A stretch of DNA of 64,000 nucleotides from Mycobacteriales bacterium. GTDB taxonomy: Bacteria; Actinomycetota; Actinomycetes; JAFAQI01. Both the position numbers and the translations under genes were made by a program. The stretch lies in contig DATJWM010000008.1 of assembly GCA_035501255.1 (NCBI GenBank), forward strand, positions 1,488 to 65,487, in the 5' to 3' direction. Within the stretch, counting starts at the first letter, position 1, and each line of letters opens with the position of its first letter. Of this stretch, positions 40,638 through 51,147 are shown piece after piece. Under the pieces are notes generated by a model. That model was not told the origin of the DNA and ran no database searches. It was given only the letters and a program-made list of their open reading frames with translations.

Positions 40638-41099
40638 TCAGCCGGCCCGGACGGCCGTGCACTTCCACCCCGCGGTGGTGGCGTCGAGTCGGAACGCGAG
40701 CGCGTGCCGCCGACCGCCGGTCGCCACGACCGCGCATGCCTCGATCGCGCCGGCGATCGGTGCGGTGATCCGCACTGACGTCAGGGTCGGGCACTGGGTG
40801 GGTGCGCCGCAGGTGCTGCCGAGCCGGCCGGCCTGGCGTTCGAGGTTGCGCCGGACGTCGAGGGCGGTCACCGGCGCGAGCTGATCGGCGGGTCGCAGGC
40901 CGCAGAGCACTTCGGCGATCGCTTGAGCCACGACCGTGGCGAACTGTCGGGCTGGTGGCAGCGGCCGGATCGGGGTGCGCGCGTACGGCGTCGTTCGCGG
41001 CGGAACCAGCCGAAGCCGAGCCGGTGCCGTCGAGGCCGCCGGCAGGCCGAGGGCGAGCTCGTTCGTGGTTGGGGCTGGCTGGCGTGCCGACTGCTGCAT
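40638..41099 (-). CDS. Rv3235-family protein (paralog A)
   Basis: C-terminal domain AQAIAEVLCGLRPADQLA...ACAVV..GRRHALAFRL...W.CTA. ATG 41099 is preceded by GAGGGGGA. Confidence 0.6.
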   Translation of the reverse strand: MQQSARQPAPTTNELALGLPAASTAPARLRLVPPRTTPYARTPIRPLPPARQFATVVAQAIAEVLCGLRPADQLAPVTALDVRRNLERQAGRLGSTCGAPTQCPTLTSVRITAPIAGAIEACAVVATGGRRHALAFRLDATTAGWKCTAVRAG

Positions 41100-41235
41100 G
41101 GTCGGTCCCCCTCGTTGCTGGCCGGTCCGCGCTCGATCCGGGATCGACAGTGGCCCGAAGTTGGCCGCAGGTGGGGACAATCCGCAGTCCGTGAGAGGCG
41201 GTGGCCAACCATGGCCAGGTGGGGGACGGCCCACC

Positions 41236-41793
41236 TCACCCGACCTGCAGGGCGGTGCAGCGCCACCGGTCGCGAGCACCCTCGATCCGGAACGCGAGCG
41301 CGCGACGGCGCGGGCCGGTGTCGACCACGGCACAGACCTCCACCACGCCGTCCCGCGGCTCACCCACGTGAACCGACCCGACGACCGGACGCCGCGCCGG
41401 CGCACCTGGCCGCGCTCCGAAGCGTCCGGCACCGCGCTCGAGGAGGGCGAGCACATCCAGGGTGGCGACCGCGCTGAGCTGACTGGGGGCGCGGGCCCCG
41501 GCGAGCACTTCGGCGATCGCCTGCGCGAGCCCGGCTGTCCACACGCGCAGGTTGGGCGGCGGCTCTCGGCGCGATCGGTCGGTGCCCTCGGCGACCCCGG
41601 CGGCCGGCGGGACCAGTCGGAGTGGCACGGCCCCGCGCGTGGTCGGGGGAAAGGCGAGCGCGAGGCTGCCGTGGACGACCGGCGCAACGGGTTCGTCACG
41701 TTCATCGTCGTACGGGGGATCGAGGGGTGGTGCCGGTCGAAGGTGCAGTCCGGGGGGCGCGGGCACGAGCTGAAGTGCCCGGTGGCGGGTCAT
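41236..41793 (-). CDS. Rv3235-family protein (paralog B)
   Basis: Same C-terminal domain (AQAIAEVLAGARAPSQLS...VCAVVDTGPRRRALAFRIE...WRCTAL). PPYDDE motif. ATG overlaps the LysM gene stop (ATGA). Confidence 0.6.
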   Translation of the reverse strand: MTRHRALQLVPAPPGLHLRPAPPLDPPYDDERDEPVAPVVHGSLALAFPPTTRGAVPLRLVPPAAGVAEGTDRSRREPPPNLRVWTAGLAQAIAEVLAGARAPSQLSAVATLDVLALLERGAGRFGARPGAPARRPVVGSVHVGEPRDGVVEVCAVVDTGPRRRALAFRIEGARDRWRCTALQVG

Positions 41794-42449
41794 CGCTTGG
41801 CTCGCACCGGCGCGGGTGGGTGCAGGCGCTCGCCGGGCCGGATCACCGAGGGGTCCGGGCCGATCTCGACGCGATTGGCGGCGTACCAGGCGTGCCAGGC
41901 TCTCGTCACCTCCGCCGCTGAGGCGTCGGGTGCGAGATGACGGGCGGCGATCCCCCACAGGGTGTCTCCTGGGCCGACGGTGACGGTGGGCGTCCGGCCG
42001 GGCGCCGGCCGGTCTGGACCGGCGCGCAGCCCCGGCCAGTCGAGTGCGCCGGCCACCGCCGGACGACCGATCGGGGCGACTGCGGCGCTTGCAGCCCTCG
42101 CCGCCGATGCGCTCGCCACCGAGCCGAGGATCGAGGACGCCACCGCAACCGTCGTCGCGAGTTCGACGACCTCGCGGACGCGCCGTGGGGTGAGGCGCCG
42201 AACTGCGCGATGCGCCGAGGCGGCCCTCCCCGCCAGCTGGCCGGCGGCGGCGAGGCCGACGGTCGCGAGCAGGTAGGCCGCCAGTGCCCAGGCGACCCAC
42301 TCACACCCGCGCACGACGTCCGCGGTGGCGGTGGCGGTCGCGCTCGGTGCAGGTGGTCGCAGGTGCCAGGTCACCGCCAGCGCCGCCGCGGCGGCGGCCA
42401 CCAGGAGCAGGGCGCGAGGAGTGCGGGTGCGGACGGGTTGTGCGGTCAT
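41790..42449 (-). CDS. Membrane-anchored LysM-domain protein
   Basis: N-terminal TM segment and C-terminal LysM domain (VTVGPGDTLWGIAARHL...VIRPGERL). ATG 42449 after GGAGG. Confidence 0.7.
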   Translation of the reverse strand: MTAQPVRTRTPRALLLVAAAAAALAVTWHLRPPAPSATATATADVVRGCEWVAWALAAYLLATVGLAAAGQLAGRAASAHRAVRRLTPRRVREVVELATTVAVASSILGSVASASAARAASAAVAPIGRPAVAGALDWPGLRAGPDRPAPGRTPTVTVGPGDTLWGIAARHLAPDASAAEVTRAWHAWYAANRVEIGPDPSVIRPGERLHPPAPVRAKR

Positions 42450-42553
42450 CGAGGCCTCCACTGCTCGGAAGGCCCAGATCGTAGTTAGCGTGCGTTTGCC
42501 TTCGGTAGACACGATTAGCGATCGGTGGATAAACCCGTGCGACACTGCTCGAC

Positions 42554-43108
42554 GTGCGCTGGGATCGCCTCTTCGACGACCTCGAGGCTCAACTGGCCGA
42601 GGCGGCCGATCTCGATCTGGATGCCGAGATCGCCGACCGCACCCGCCGCGAGCTGGCCACGGTCACGCTCGTCGACCGGGTCCGGGCGAGCGTGGGGAGG
42701 CATCTGGAGATCCACGCGGACGGCGCGGGAACCGTGCGCGGTGAGCTTGTCCGAGCCGGGCCGGACTGGTTGCTCCTCGACGACGCCGGGCGCAGCCGCG
42801 TGGTGGCCGTTGCGGCGGTCAGCGCAGCGTCGGGACTGGCCGACCACCTCCTTGCCCCCGCCGGTGAAGTGGCGGCGCGTCTGGACCTTCGCTACCTACT
42901 GCGCGGATTGGCGCGGGACCGGGCCACCGTCGGCGTGACCACCCGCGACGGCATGCACCGGTGGGGGACGATCGACCGGGTCGGCGCCGATCACCTTGAT
43001 CTCGCCGAACACCCCGCCGACACGCAGCGCCGCCCGGCCGACGTTCGCGCGGTGCGGGCGATCGCGCTCGCCGGGCTGGCGGTGGTCAGCGCCGAACCAC
43101 GCCGCTAG
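42554..43108 (+). CDS. Hypothetical protein (184 aa)
   Basis: ORF with GTG start. No recognisable motif. Convergent with the HTH gene and separated from it by 3 nt. Confidence 0.4.
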   Translation: MRWDRLFDDLEAQLAEAADLDLDAEIADRTRRELATVTLVDRVRASVGRHLEIHADGAGTVRGELVRAGPDWLLLDDAGRSRVVAVAAVSAASGLADHLLAPAGEVAARLDLRYLLRGLARDRATVGVTTRDGMHRWGTIDRVGADHLDLAEHPADTQRRPADVRAVRAIALAGLAVVSAEPRR

Positions 43109-43110
43109 GC

Positions 43111-43350
43111 CTAGGCGCGCGCCTCGCCCTCGTCGCGTCCGAAGGGGTGGCTTTCGACGAATTCGCGGGTGCGCTCATGGGCTTGGGCGATGAAGGTTTC
43201 CAGCGCGGCGCGCTCAACCCGCCACTGGCCCCGCCCTCCGACCTTCATCGCCGGCAGCTCGCCGCTGCGCACGAGGGCGTAGGTCTGCGCGGCCGAGATG
43301 TTGAGGACCTCCGCGACATCCGACAGCCGCAGGAACCGGGGCTCGGTCAT
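43111..43350 (-). CDS. Helix-turn-helix DNA-binding protein (excisionase/MerR-like, 79 aa)
   Basis: LRLSDVAEVLNISAAQTYALVRSGELPAMKVGGRGQWRV HTH. Divergent from the SAF/ParA pair. Confidence 0.65.
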   Translation of the reverse strand: MTEPRFLRLSDVAEVLNISAAQTYALVRSGELPAMKVGGRGQWRVERAALETFIAQAHERTREFVESHPFGRDEGEARA

Positions 43351-43487
43351 GCCGGCCAGTGTGGCACTCCGCTCCGATCGCAGCGCCCGCGTCCACAGGC
43401 GACCGGCGGCGCCGGCCTGTGGACAACGCCCGCCGCGCTGACCGGTCCCGCGCCACGATAGGGCGCGTCGACCGAGGAGGAGACCAC

Positions 43488-44165
43488 GTGTCAGACCGAG
43501 CCCCTCGCGCGAGCCGGCTCGCCGTCGCCCGCTGGCTGGACACCCGAGTGGTGGTCGGCGTCCTTCTCGTGCTCGCCTCGGTCGTTGCCGGCTCTCGAAT
43601 CCTCGCGTCCTCCGATCGGTACGCAGCCGTCTACGCGGCTCGGTCCCCGCTCACGCCGGGCGAGCGGGTGGGCAGTGCCGACCTTGAGGTCGCGCGGGTG
43701 CGGTTCGCCGGTGCTGCCTCCGCCTACATTCGTGCCACCGCGGCCGCACCGCTCGGCTATACCGTCACCCGCTACGTCGGCGCCGGCGAGCTGGTGCCGG
43801 TGGCCGCCTTGTCCGCTGCGTCGACCCCGGCGAACGCCACCCGCCTGGTGACCGTCCCGGTGCCGTCCCAGCACCTCCCGCAGGACATCGCGCGCGGCGA
43901 CCTCGTCGATGTCTACCTCACCGCGAAGGGATCGGGCGGTTCGTCGAGGGCGCCGCGCCGGGTGCTGCGGTCGGCCCTCGTCGAGGGGGTGCAAGGCGCA
44001 AGCGAGATCGCCTCGGACGGATCCAGCGTCGGCCTCGTGCTTGCGGTGCCGACCGCGAGCGTGCCGGTGGTGATCGGTGCGGTGGAGGGCGGCGCGCTCG
44101 ATGTCGTCCGGGTGCCCGGTCCGATCGATGCCTCGGACGGCTCCGGGAAAGCGGTCGGCCGGTGA
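43488..44165 (+). CDS. SAF-domain protein, Flp pilus assembly CpaB-like
   Basis: GTG after GAGGAGGAG. N-terminal TM anchor then SAF-like domain. 225 aa. Confidence 0.6.
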   Translation: MSDRAPRASRLAVARWLDTRVVVGVLLVLASVVAGSRILASSDRYAAVYAARSPLTPGERVGSADLEVARVRFAGAASAYIRATAAAPLGYTVTRYVGAGELVPVAALSAASTPANATRLVTVPVPSQHLPQDIARGDLVDVYLTAKGSGGSSRAPRRVLRSALVEGVQGASEIASDGSSVGLVLAVPTASVPVVIGAVEGGALDVVRVPGPIDASDGSGKAVGR

Positions 44166-45421
44166 GCCTGCCCGTCCTGACCGCCGGCGGCGATCCGCGT
44201 TGGGAGGCGGAGCTCACCGCGGCCCTGGGGATCGGTGACCACGGGGTGGAGGTGGTGCGACGGTGCGTCGACGTCGCCGACCTGCTTGCTGCTGCCGCCG
44301 CCGGACTCGCCCGTGCGGTCGTCGTCTCGGCCGACCTGCGGCGCTTCGACGGTGCCGCGGTCGCCCGCCTGCACGCTGCCGGGGTCGCGGTGATCGGGGT
44401 CGCGGCCGACTCCGCCGGGCAGGCGCGGCTGCACCAGATCGGCTCCGACCGGGTGCTCGCCACCGGCGCGAGCGCCGGCGAGGTGGCGGCTGCTTTGCGC
44501 GATGCCCTCCTCGATCCCCCCGCGCGCACCGGTGACACCGAGCCGGGCGGGCCGACCGCCCCGCTCGGCGGCGGTGGCGATCCGATCGGTGAAGTGGTGG
44601 CCGTCTGGGGACCGACGGGCGCCCCCGGCCGGACGACGATCGCCGTGAACATCGCCGCGGAGCTGGCGGCCCGTGGTCACCGGGTCACCGTGGTCGACGC
44701 GGACACCTACGGCGCGGCGGTGGGTCAGGTCCTCGGGTTGCTCGATGAGGCCCCGGGCGTGGCCGCGGCCTGCCGGCAGGCCAACCACGGCACCCTCGAC
44801 GCCGTCGCTCTCAGCGGGCTGGCCGCCGAGGTGGCGCCCGGCCTTCGCGTTCTCACCGGAGTCACCCGGGTCGATCGATGGCCGGAAATCCGCCCCGCCG
44901 CGCTCGCCACGGTCCTCGAGCTGTGCCGACGCGACGCGGCCTACGTCGTGGTCGACTGCGGGTTCTGTCTCGAGCAGGACGAGGAGCTCGCCTACGACAC
45001 CGCAGCCCCGCGCCGCAACGGCGCCTCGATTGCCGCGCTCGAGGCGGCCCACGCCGTCGTCATGGTCACCGGATCGGATCCGCTCGGGCTCGCGCGGTTC
45101 GTCCGGGCGGGGGAGCACTGCCGAGGCCTGGCCGGGACCGCCCGGGTGATCCCGGTCGCGAACCGTCTGCGGCGCGGGGTGGTCGGGGCGGGCGACCCGC
45201 GCCGCGCCGTCTCCACCGCGCTCGAGCGCTACGCCGGGCTGACGAGCGTCCACATCGTGCCGGAGGACCGCGCGGCGTGCGACGCGGCGCTCGCGGCGGG
45301 CCGCACGCTCGCCGAGGCGGCACCGCGCTCACCCGCGCGGGCGGCGATCGCGGAACTCGCGGTCGCGATCACCGGGGTCACCCCGGGCCGCGCGCGGCGA
45401 CGTCAGGGTCGCGACAGGTAA
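44162..45421 (+). CDS. ParA/MinD-type ATPase with N-terminal receiver-like domain (TadZ/CpaE/Ssd-like)
   Basis: GTG overlaps the upstream stop (GTGA). Deviant Walker [17 protein letters not shown]. 419 aa. Confidence 0.65.
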   Translation: MSLPVLTAGGDPRWEAELTAALGIGDHGVEVVRRCVDVADLLAAAAAGLARAVVVSADLRRFDGAAVARLHAAGVAVIGVAADSAGQARLHQIGSDRVLATGASAGEVAAALRDALLDPPARTGDTEPGGPTAPLGGGGDPIGEVVAVWGPTGAPGRTTIAVNIAAELAARGHRVTVVDADTYGAAVGQVLGLLDEAPGVAAACRQANHGTLDAVALSGLAAEVAPGLRVLTGVTRVDRWPEIRPAALATVLELCRRDAAYVVVDCGFCLEQDEELAYDTAAPRRNGASIAALEAAHAVVMVTGSDPLGLARFVRAGEHCRGLAGTARVIPVANRLRRGVVGAGDPRRAVSTALERYAGLTSVHIVPEDRAACDAALAAGRTLAEAAPRSPARAAIAELAVAITGVTPGRARRRQGRDR

Positions 45422-46626
45422 GGTCCGAGCTCCTGGCGGGCCACCGAGCGGAGGTGGACCTCGTCGGGTCCGTCCGCGAGGCGCAGGGTGCGCGCGTGGG
45501 CGTACATCTCGGCGAGCGGAAAGTCCTCGCTCACCCCGGCCGCGCCGTGGACCTGGATGGCGCGATCGATCACCGCGCAGGCGACCCTCGGGGCGATCAC
45601 CTTGATCGCCGCGATCTCACTGCGGGCACCCTTCGCGCCGACCGTGTCGATCAGCCACGCGGTCTTCAGGGTCATCAGCCGGGCCTGTTCGATCTCCAGC
45701 CGCGACTCGGCGATCTGCGCCTGGATGACGCCCTGAGCTGCGAGCACCTTGCCGAACGCGACTCGCGACGCCGCCCGCGCGCAGGTCAAATCGAGCGCCC
45801 GTTCGGCCATGCCGAGCGCCCGCATGCAGTGGTGGATGCGGCCCGGGCCGAGGCGGGCCTGCGCGATCGCGAAGCCGCCGCCTTCGGTACCGATCAGGTT
45901 GGCGGCCGGCACCCGCACGTTGTCGAAGGTGAGCTCGCAGTGTCCGTGCTGGTCCTGATACCCGAACACCGGGAGCGGCCGCACCACCGTGACTCCGGGC
46001 GTGTCCATCGCAACGAGCACCATCGACTGCTGGGCGTGGCGAGCGGCGTCGGGATTCGTCTTTCCCATGACGATCAGCACGGCGCACCGCGGGTCCGCGC
46101 TCCCACTGATCCACCATTTGCGTCCGTTGATCAGGTAATCATCGCCGTCGCGGCGGATGTCGGTGGCGATGTTCGTGGCGTCCGACGACGCGACCGCCGG
46201 CTCGGTCATCGCGAACGCCGAACGGATCTCACCGGCGAGCAACGGTTCCAGCCAGCGCTCCTTCTGCTCAGGCGTGCCGAACAGGTGCAGCACCTCCATG
46301 TTGCCGGTGTCGGGCGCGGCGCCGTTGATTGCCTCGGGTGCGAGACGGACCGATCGCCCGGTGATTTCGGCGAGGACCGCGTAGTCGAGGTTGCTCAGCC
46401 CCGAGATGGCCGGAAGGAACAGGTTCCACAGCCCGCGGTTGCGGGCCTCGGCCTTCAGGTCCTCGATGACCGGCGGAACGTCATGGGGTTTGCCGTCGGC
46501 GATCAGGGCCTGGCGTTGGGCGTGGTAGACCGGCTCGCTCGGATAGACGTGGGCGTGCATGAAATCGTTGAGGCGCCGCGCGTACTCCTCGGCGATCGGC
46601 GACGGGGCGAAGTCCACGCCCGACAC
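45403..46626 (-). CDS. Acyl-CoA dehydrogenase (ACAD10/11-like)
   Basis: [15 protein letters not shown]-terminus, [15 protein letters not shown] and other ACAD motifs. GTG 46626 chosen. Start uncertain. Confidence 0.8.
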   Translation of the reverse strand: MSGVDFAPSPIAEEYARRLNDFMHAHVYPSEPVYHAQRQALIADGKPHDVPPVIEDLKAEARNRGLWNLFLPAISGLSNLDYAVLAEITGRSVRLAPEAINGAAPDTGNMEVLHLFGTPEQKERWLEPLLAGEIRSAFAMTEPAVASSDATNIATDIRRDGDDYLINGRKWWISGSADPRCAVLIVMGKTNPDAARHAQQSMVLVAMDTPGVTVVRPLPVFGYQDQHGHCELTFDNVRVPAANLIGTEGGGFAIAQARLGPGRIHHCMRALGMAERALDLTCARAASRVAFGKVLAAQGVIQAQIAESRLEIEQARLMTLKTAWLIDTVGAKGARSEIAAIKVIAPRVACAVIDRAIQVHGAAGVSEDFPLAEMYAHARTLRLADGPDEVHLRSVARQELGPYLSRP

Positions 46627-46693
46627 CTTAGGTTCTCGCGCGCGAGCCAGGTTCTCACGCGCGGGCCGTGGCCGTCTCTTAGCATCGTTGTCC

Positions 46694-47251
46694 GTGACGA
46701 TTCCCGGCCGCGGCGATCTGTCCCCGCCGCACCGGCCGCACCGTGCCGGCCGCTGGCTGGTCACCGCCGCGGTCCTCGCGATTTTGGTTGGCGGCGGGTA
46801 CGCCGCCGTCATGTGGTTGACCGGGTCGTCGTCGGCGAAGTCGGCCGCGCCGCCGCAGCCGTGCCCCGCCGCGGCGCAGGCGCACGGTGTGCACCCGGCT
46901 CAGGTGGATCTCGTCGTGCTCAACGGGACGGCCCGGATCGGCCTTGCCTCGACGGCCGCATCAACCCTCGAGCAACGCGGCTTTCAGATCACGACGGTCG
47001 GCAACACCCCGACGCTCATCAGCGGTGTCGCGGTCGTGCGATTCCCGCACCGCCTGCGACGCGACGCGCAGTTGGTTGCCGCTCAGATATCCGGGGCAAC
47101 CGAACACGTCGCTCACGTTCACTCGATCGCGCTCGAGTTGGGTCCGGACTTCACCGGCTTGCGGAGCCGGGCAAAAGCCAAGGCGGCCTACCGGCACGCG
47201 CTCGCCGCTGCGGGCAGCACCCCGCAGCCCACCTGTACCCCCTCCTCGTAG
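46694..47251 (+). CDS. LytR_C-domain membrane-anchored protein
   Basis: TM anchor then [29 protein letters not shown] (LytR C-terminal domain). TTG 46688 is an alternative start. Confidence 0.6.
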   Translation: MTIPGRGDLSPPHRPHRAGRWLVTAAVLAILVGGGYAAVMWLTGSSSAKSAAPPQPCPAAAQAHGVHPAQVDLVVLNGTARIGLASTAASTLEQRGFQITTVGNTPTLISGVAVVRFPHRLRRDAQLVAAQISGATEHVAHVHSIALELGPDFTGLRSRAKAKAAYRHALAAAGSTPQPTCTPSS

Positions 47252-47263
47252 AGCCTCAGGACC

Positions 47264-47914
47264 GTGGCGAAGGCGCGCGCCCTGATCGTCGACTGGGGTG
47301 GAGTGCTCACCAACTCCCTCCAGGACACGATGACGACCTGGTGCGAGACCGACGGGATCGACTACGAGGCGTTCCGCGCGGTACTGGCGGACTGGCTGGG
47401 TGCGTCCTACGGCGATGACGCGACGACCAACCCGATCCACGCCCTCGAACGGGGCGAGATGGAGGTGCCGGACTTCGAGGCCGAGCTTGCCGCTCGGCTG
47501 CGTGCCCGGGACGGCGGGACGCCGGAGCCGACCGGCCTGCTGACCCGGATGTTCGCGGGGTTCGAACCGCAGCCGCCGATGGTTCGCGCCGTACGTCGAG
47601 CCAAGGCCGCGGGCGTTGCGACGGCGCTTCTGTCCAACTCGTGGGGCAACGACTACCCGCGCACGGGATGGGAGGAGATGTTCGACGAGGTGGTCATCTC
47701 CGGCGAGGTCGGGATGCGCAAGCCCGAGCCGCGGATCTACCGGCTGGTGGCCCAGCGCCTCGACCTCGATCCGAGAAGGTGCGTGTTCGTCGACGACCTG
47801 ATGCCCAACGTCCGCGCAGCGGTCGACGTCGGGATGGTGGGGGTCCATCACGTGACCCCCCAGCAGACCCTCGACGAGCTCGAGCCGCTCTTCGAGACCG
47901 ACCTGCGCCACTAA
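47264..47914 (+). CDS. HAD-superfamily hydrolase (subfamily IA)
   Basis: Motif I LIVDWGGVLT and motif IV FVDD. 216 aa. Confidence 0.75.
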   Translation: MAKARALIVDWGGVLTNSLQDTMTTWCETDGIDYEAFRAVLADWLGASYGDDATTNPIHALERGEMEVPDFEAELAARLRARDGGTPEPTGLLTRMFAGFEPQPPMVRAVRRAKAAGVATALLSNSWGNDYPRTGWEEMFDEVVISGEVGMRKPEPRIYRLVAQRLDLDPRRCVFVDDLMPNVRAAVDVGMVGVHHVTPQQTLDELEPLFETDLRH

Positions 47915-47958
47915 CCGACGGATGCCAACCCATCGCTGGTAGTGCAAGACTTCAGGTG

Positions 47959-48957
47959 ATGACCGGATCTCGTGACCTCCCCACGCCGGTCGAGCCACCC
48001 CCTCGTCGCGGGCTCGTGCTCGGCGGCGGCGGAGTCCTGGGCGCGGCGTGGATGATCGGCGCGCTGTCCGCCCTCGCCGACGCGCTCGACTGGGATCCGC
48101 GCGCGGCCGAGACGATCGTCGGGACGTCGGCCGGATCGGTGCTCGCGGCGTTGCTCGGCAGCGGGCTGTCGGTCCACCAGCTCATCAACCACCAGCGCGG
48201 CATCGTGATCCCTGGCGATCTGGTGATCGACTTCGATCCGGACACCGCGAGCGGTGGCTCGCTTCCCCCCCGGCCCGCGCTGCGGCTCGGTTCCGGCGCG
48301 CTCCTTCGGCGCTCGGTTCGCCATCCGCGCCAACTTCCTCCGCTCGCCGTCCTCGCCGGCCTGGCACCGCGTGGTCGCGGCACCCTCGCGGCCGTCGGCG
48401 ACCTGGTGTTCGCGGTGAACCCGGAAGGGACCTGGCCGACCCGGCCGGCCTTGCGGTTGGTGGCGATGGACTACGAGACCGGGGAGCGGGTCGCCTTCGG
48501 CAGCCCCGACGCGCCGGGGGCGCCGCTGGCCGAGGCGGTGATGGCGTCGTCATCGATCCCGGGGTGGTACGCGCCGTGTCCGATCAACGGCCGCCGGTAC
48601 GTCGATGGCGGCGCGTTGTCCCCGACCTCGATCGACCTGCTCGCCGACGGCGGGCTGGACGAGGTGTACGTGCTGGCGCCGATGGTGTCCTTCGACTACG
48701 ACCGTCCCTCCTCGGTCGTCGCCCGGCTGGAGCGCCGGTTTCGCCGGCAGATGACCAAGCGGGCGCTGCGCGAGGCCGGCCGGGTTCGTCGCGGCGGGAC
48801 GCGCGTGACCGTCCTCGGGCCCGGTCGCGAGGATCTGGAGGCGATCGGGGCCAACCTGATGGACCACCGCCGTCGTACCGACGTTCTCGACACCGCGATG
48901 TACACCACCGCCGCGGTGCTGGCCGGACCGTCGACCGAGCTGTCCGCCTCGGCCTAG
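47959..48957 (+). CDS. Patatin-like phospholipase
   Basis: GGGVLGAAWMIGAL (oxyanion), GTSAGS (nucleophile elbow), DGG (catalytic Asp). Confidence 0.8.
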   Translation: MTGSRDLPTPVEPPPRRGLVLGGGGVLGAAWMIGALSALADALDWDPRAAETIVGTSAGSVLAALLGSGLSVHQLINHQRGIVIPGDLVIDFDPDTASGGSLPPRPALRLGSGALLRRSVRHPRQLPPLAVLAGLAPRGRGTLAAVGDLVFAVNPEGTWPTRPALRLVAMDYETGERVAFGSPDAPGAPLAEAVMASSSIPGWYAPCPINGRRYVDGGALSPTSIDLLADGGLDEVYVLAPMVSFDYDRPSSVVARLERRFRRQMTKRALREAGRVRRGGTRVTVLGPGREDLEAIGANLMDHRRRTDVLDTAMYTTAAVLAGPSTELSASA

Positions 48958-48967
48958 AGCCGGCCTG

Positions 48968-49471
48968 ATGCGCGTCTACCTGCCGGCGACGCTCGGTTTG
49001 CTCGCGCGCTGGGTGGCGGCCGGCGTCGCGCTAGTCCCTGGTGACGGTTCGGCCGACCGCGGGTTCGCCGTCACCCCGGCGCTGCGCGAGTGGTACCGCG
49101 AGGCCGACATCGACGAGCTCGAGTACGCCGCGCAGGTCGACGCCTCGATCGGATCGCTGCGACTGCTCGCCGCCGATCCGGGCGTCGTACGCCGCCGGGT
49201 GATCCTTGCCGCGGACCTGGCCGACGAGGCGCTGCGGCCGGACTCCCTGCGGGGCCGGGCGGTGGTCGCCGTCGACGGTCCGATCCCGATCTCCCGATGG
49301 GCGAGTGCGCTCGTCGACGAACCGGAGGCGCAGGCGACCGTCGCGGCTGCGATCGACGCGCTCGGCCTCGCCGACCGCGGCGATGACGACGCGCGGTTTG
49401 CGGTCGACGAGGCGCAGGCGCACGAGCTGGGCTGGTACGCCGTTTCAGAGCTTCGCTACCTGTTCGACTAG
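48968..49471 (+). CDS. Hypothetical protein (167 aa)
   Basis: ATG ORF in codon-biased frame. No recognisable motifs. Confidence 0.45.
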   Translation: MRVYLPATLGLLARWVAAGVALVPGDGSADRGFAVTPALREWYREADIDELEYAAQVDASIGSLRLLAADPGVVRRRVILAADLADEALRPDSLRGRAVVAVDGPIPISRWASALVDEPEAQATVAAAIDALGLADRGDDDARFAVDEAQAHELGWYAVSELRYLFD

Positions 49472-49509
49472 GTGGGGCTGCGTGGCCGGCAGTGGCAGGA
49501 TGAGCCTCG

Positions 49510-51138
49510 ATGGACGCAATCAGCGCGGTGCCAGGACCGGTCAACGAGCCGGTTCTTTCCTACGCCCCCGGGTCGCCCGAACGCCAGCAGCTCGCCTCCG
49601 CGCTGGAGACGATCCGATCCGCATCGCCGGTCGACCTGGCGCTCACGATCGGCGGCGAGCGGGTCGCGGGTGAGGGTGCGCCGATCGAGGTCGTGGCGCC
49701 GCATCGGCATGCAGCGGTTCTCGGCCATACCTGGAACGCCACGACGAGCCAGGTCGGCGCCGCGGTGGACGCCGCCCTGGCCGCTCGTGCGTCCTGGCGG
49801 GCGCTCGACTTCGACGAGCGGGCGGCGGTCTTCCTCAAGGCCGCCGACATCCTGACCGGACCCCGTCGCGCGCAGGTCAACGCGGCGACGATGCTCGGGC
49901 AGTCGAAGACCTGCTTCCAGGCCGAGATCGACGCCGCCTGCGAGCTCGCCGACTTCTGGCGGTTCAACGTGCACTTCGCGCAGGAGATCCATCGCGACCA
50001 GCCGAGGTCGTCGCCCGGAGTGTGGAACCGGTTCGACCACCGGCCGCTCGAGGGGTTCGTCCTCGCGATCACCCCGTTCAACTTCACCGCGATCGCCGGT
50101 AACCTCCCGACCGCGCCCGCGTTGATGGGGGCGTGCGTGGTGTGGAAGCCGTCACCCACCCAGGCCCTGTCCGCCCAGGTCGTGCTGGAGGTCCTCGAGC
50201 AGGCGGGTCTGCCGCCGGGTGTGATCAACCTCGTGACCGGTGACGGGCACGCCGTCAGCGAGGTTGCCCTCGTTCACCCCGACCTCGCCGGGATCCACTT
50301 CACGGGATCGACCGCGACGTTCCGCCGGCTCTGGCAGTCGATCGGTGCGAACCTGCCCGCCTATCGCGACTACCCCAGGATCGTGGGTGAGACGGGCGGC
50401 AAGGATTTCGTGATCGCGCATCCATCGGCCGATCTCGACGCGCTGCGGGTTGGCCTGATCCGCGGCGCCTTCGAATACCAGGGTCAGAAGTGCTCGGCGG
50501 CGTCGCGCGCCTATCTCCCCGAGTCGGTGTGGACCACACTGCGCGACGACCTGCTCGCCCAGACCGACGGTCTCGCGATGGGCGACCCGTGCAACTTCAC
50601 CAACTTCCTCGGTGCGGTCATCGACCGCCGCGCGTTCGACCGGCACGCCCGGGTTTTCGAGCAAGCCCGCGCCGATGCATCGCTGTCGGTGCTGGCCGGG
50701 GGGACGACGGAGGACACCGAGGGCTTCTTCGTGCGGCCGACGATTCTGCTCGCCGACGATCCTGGTCATGAGGTGTTCACGACCGAGTTCTTCGGCCCGA
50801 TCCTTTCTGTCTTCGTCTATCCCGATGCCGACTTCGAGCAGATGCTCGCGACCGCCGCGACCACGTCGCCGTACGCCCTCACCGGCGCGATCTTCGCGCG
50901 CGACCGCGAGGCGGTGGCGACGGCGACCGAGGCGCTGCGGTATGCCGCCGGCAACTTCTACATCAACGACAAGCCCACCGGGGCAGTCGTCGGCCAGCAA
51001 CCCTTCGGCGGGGCGCGAGCGAGTGGCACCGACGACAAGGCGGGATCGGCGCACAACCTGTTGCGGTGGACCAGTCCACGGGTGATCAAGGAGACCTTCG
51101 TCGCGCCGACGGACTACCGCTATCCGCACATGGGCTGA
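49510..51138 (+). CDS. pruA: L-glutamate gamma-semialdehyde (1-pyrroline-5-carboxylate) dehydrogenase
   Basis: ALDH-superfamily member with catalytic FEYQGQKCSAAS and ETGGKD motifs. 542 aa. Confidence 0.85.
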   Translation: MDAISAVPGPVNEPVLSYAPGSPERQQLASALETIRSASPVDLALTIGGERVAGEGAPIEVVAPHRHAAVLGHTWNATTSQVGAAVDAALAARASWRALDFDERAAVFLKAADILTGPRRAQVNAATMLGQSKTCFQAEIDAACELADFWRFNVHFAQEIHRDQPRSSPGVWNRFDHRPLEGFVLAITPFNFTAIAGNLPTAPALMGACVVWKPSPTQALSAQVVLEVLEQAGLPPGVINLVTGDGHAVSEVALVHPDLAGIHFTGSTATFRRLWQSIGANLPAYRDYPRIVGETGGKDFVIAHPSADLDALRVGLIRGAFEYQGQKCSAASRAYLPESVWTTLRDDLLAQTDGLAMGDPCNFTNFLGAVIDRRAFDRHARVFEQARADASLSVLAGGTTEDTEGFFVRPTILLADDPGHEVFTTEFFGPILSVFVYPDADFEQMLATAATTSPYALTGAIFARDREAVATATEALRYAAGNFYINDKPTGAVVGQQPFGGARASGTDDKAGSAHNLLRWTSPRVIKETFVAPTDYRYPHMG

Positions 51139-51147
51139 CCGGCTCGC

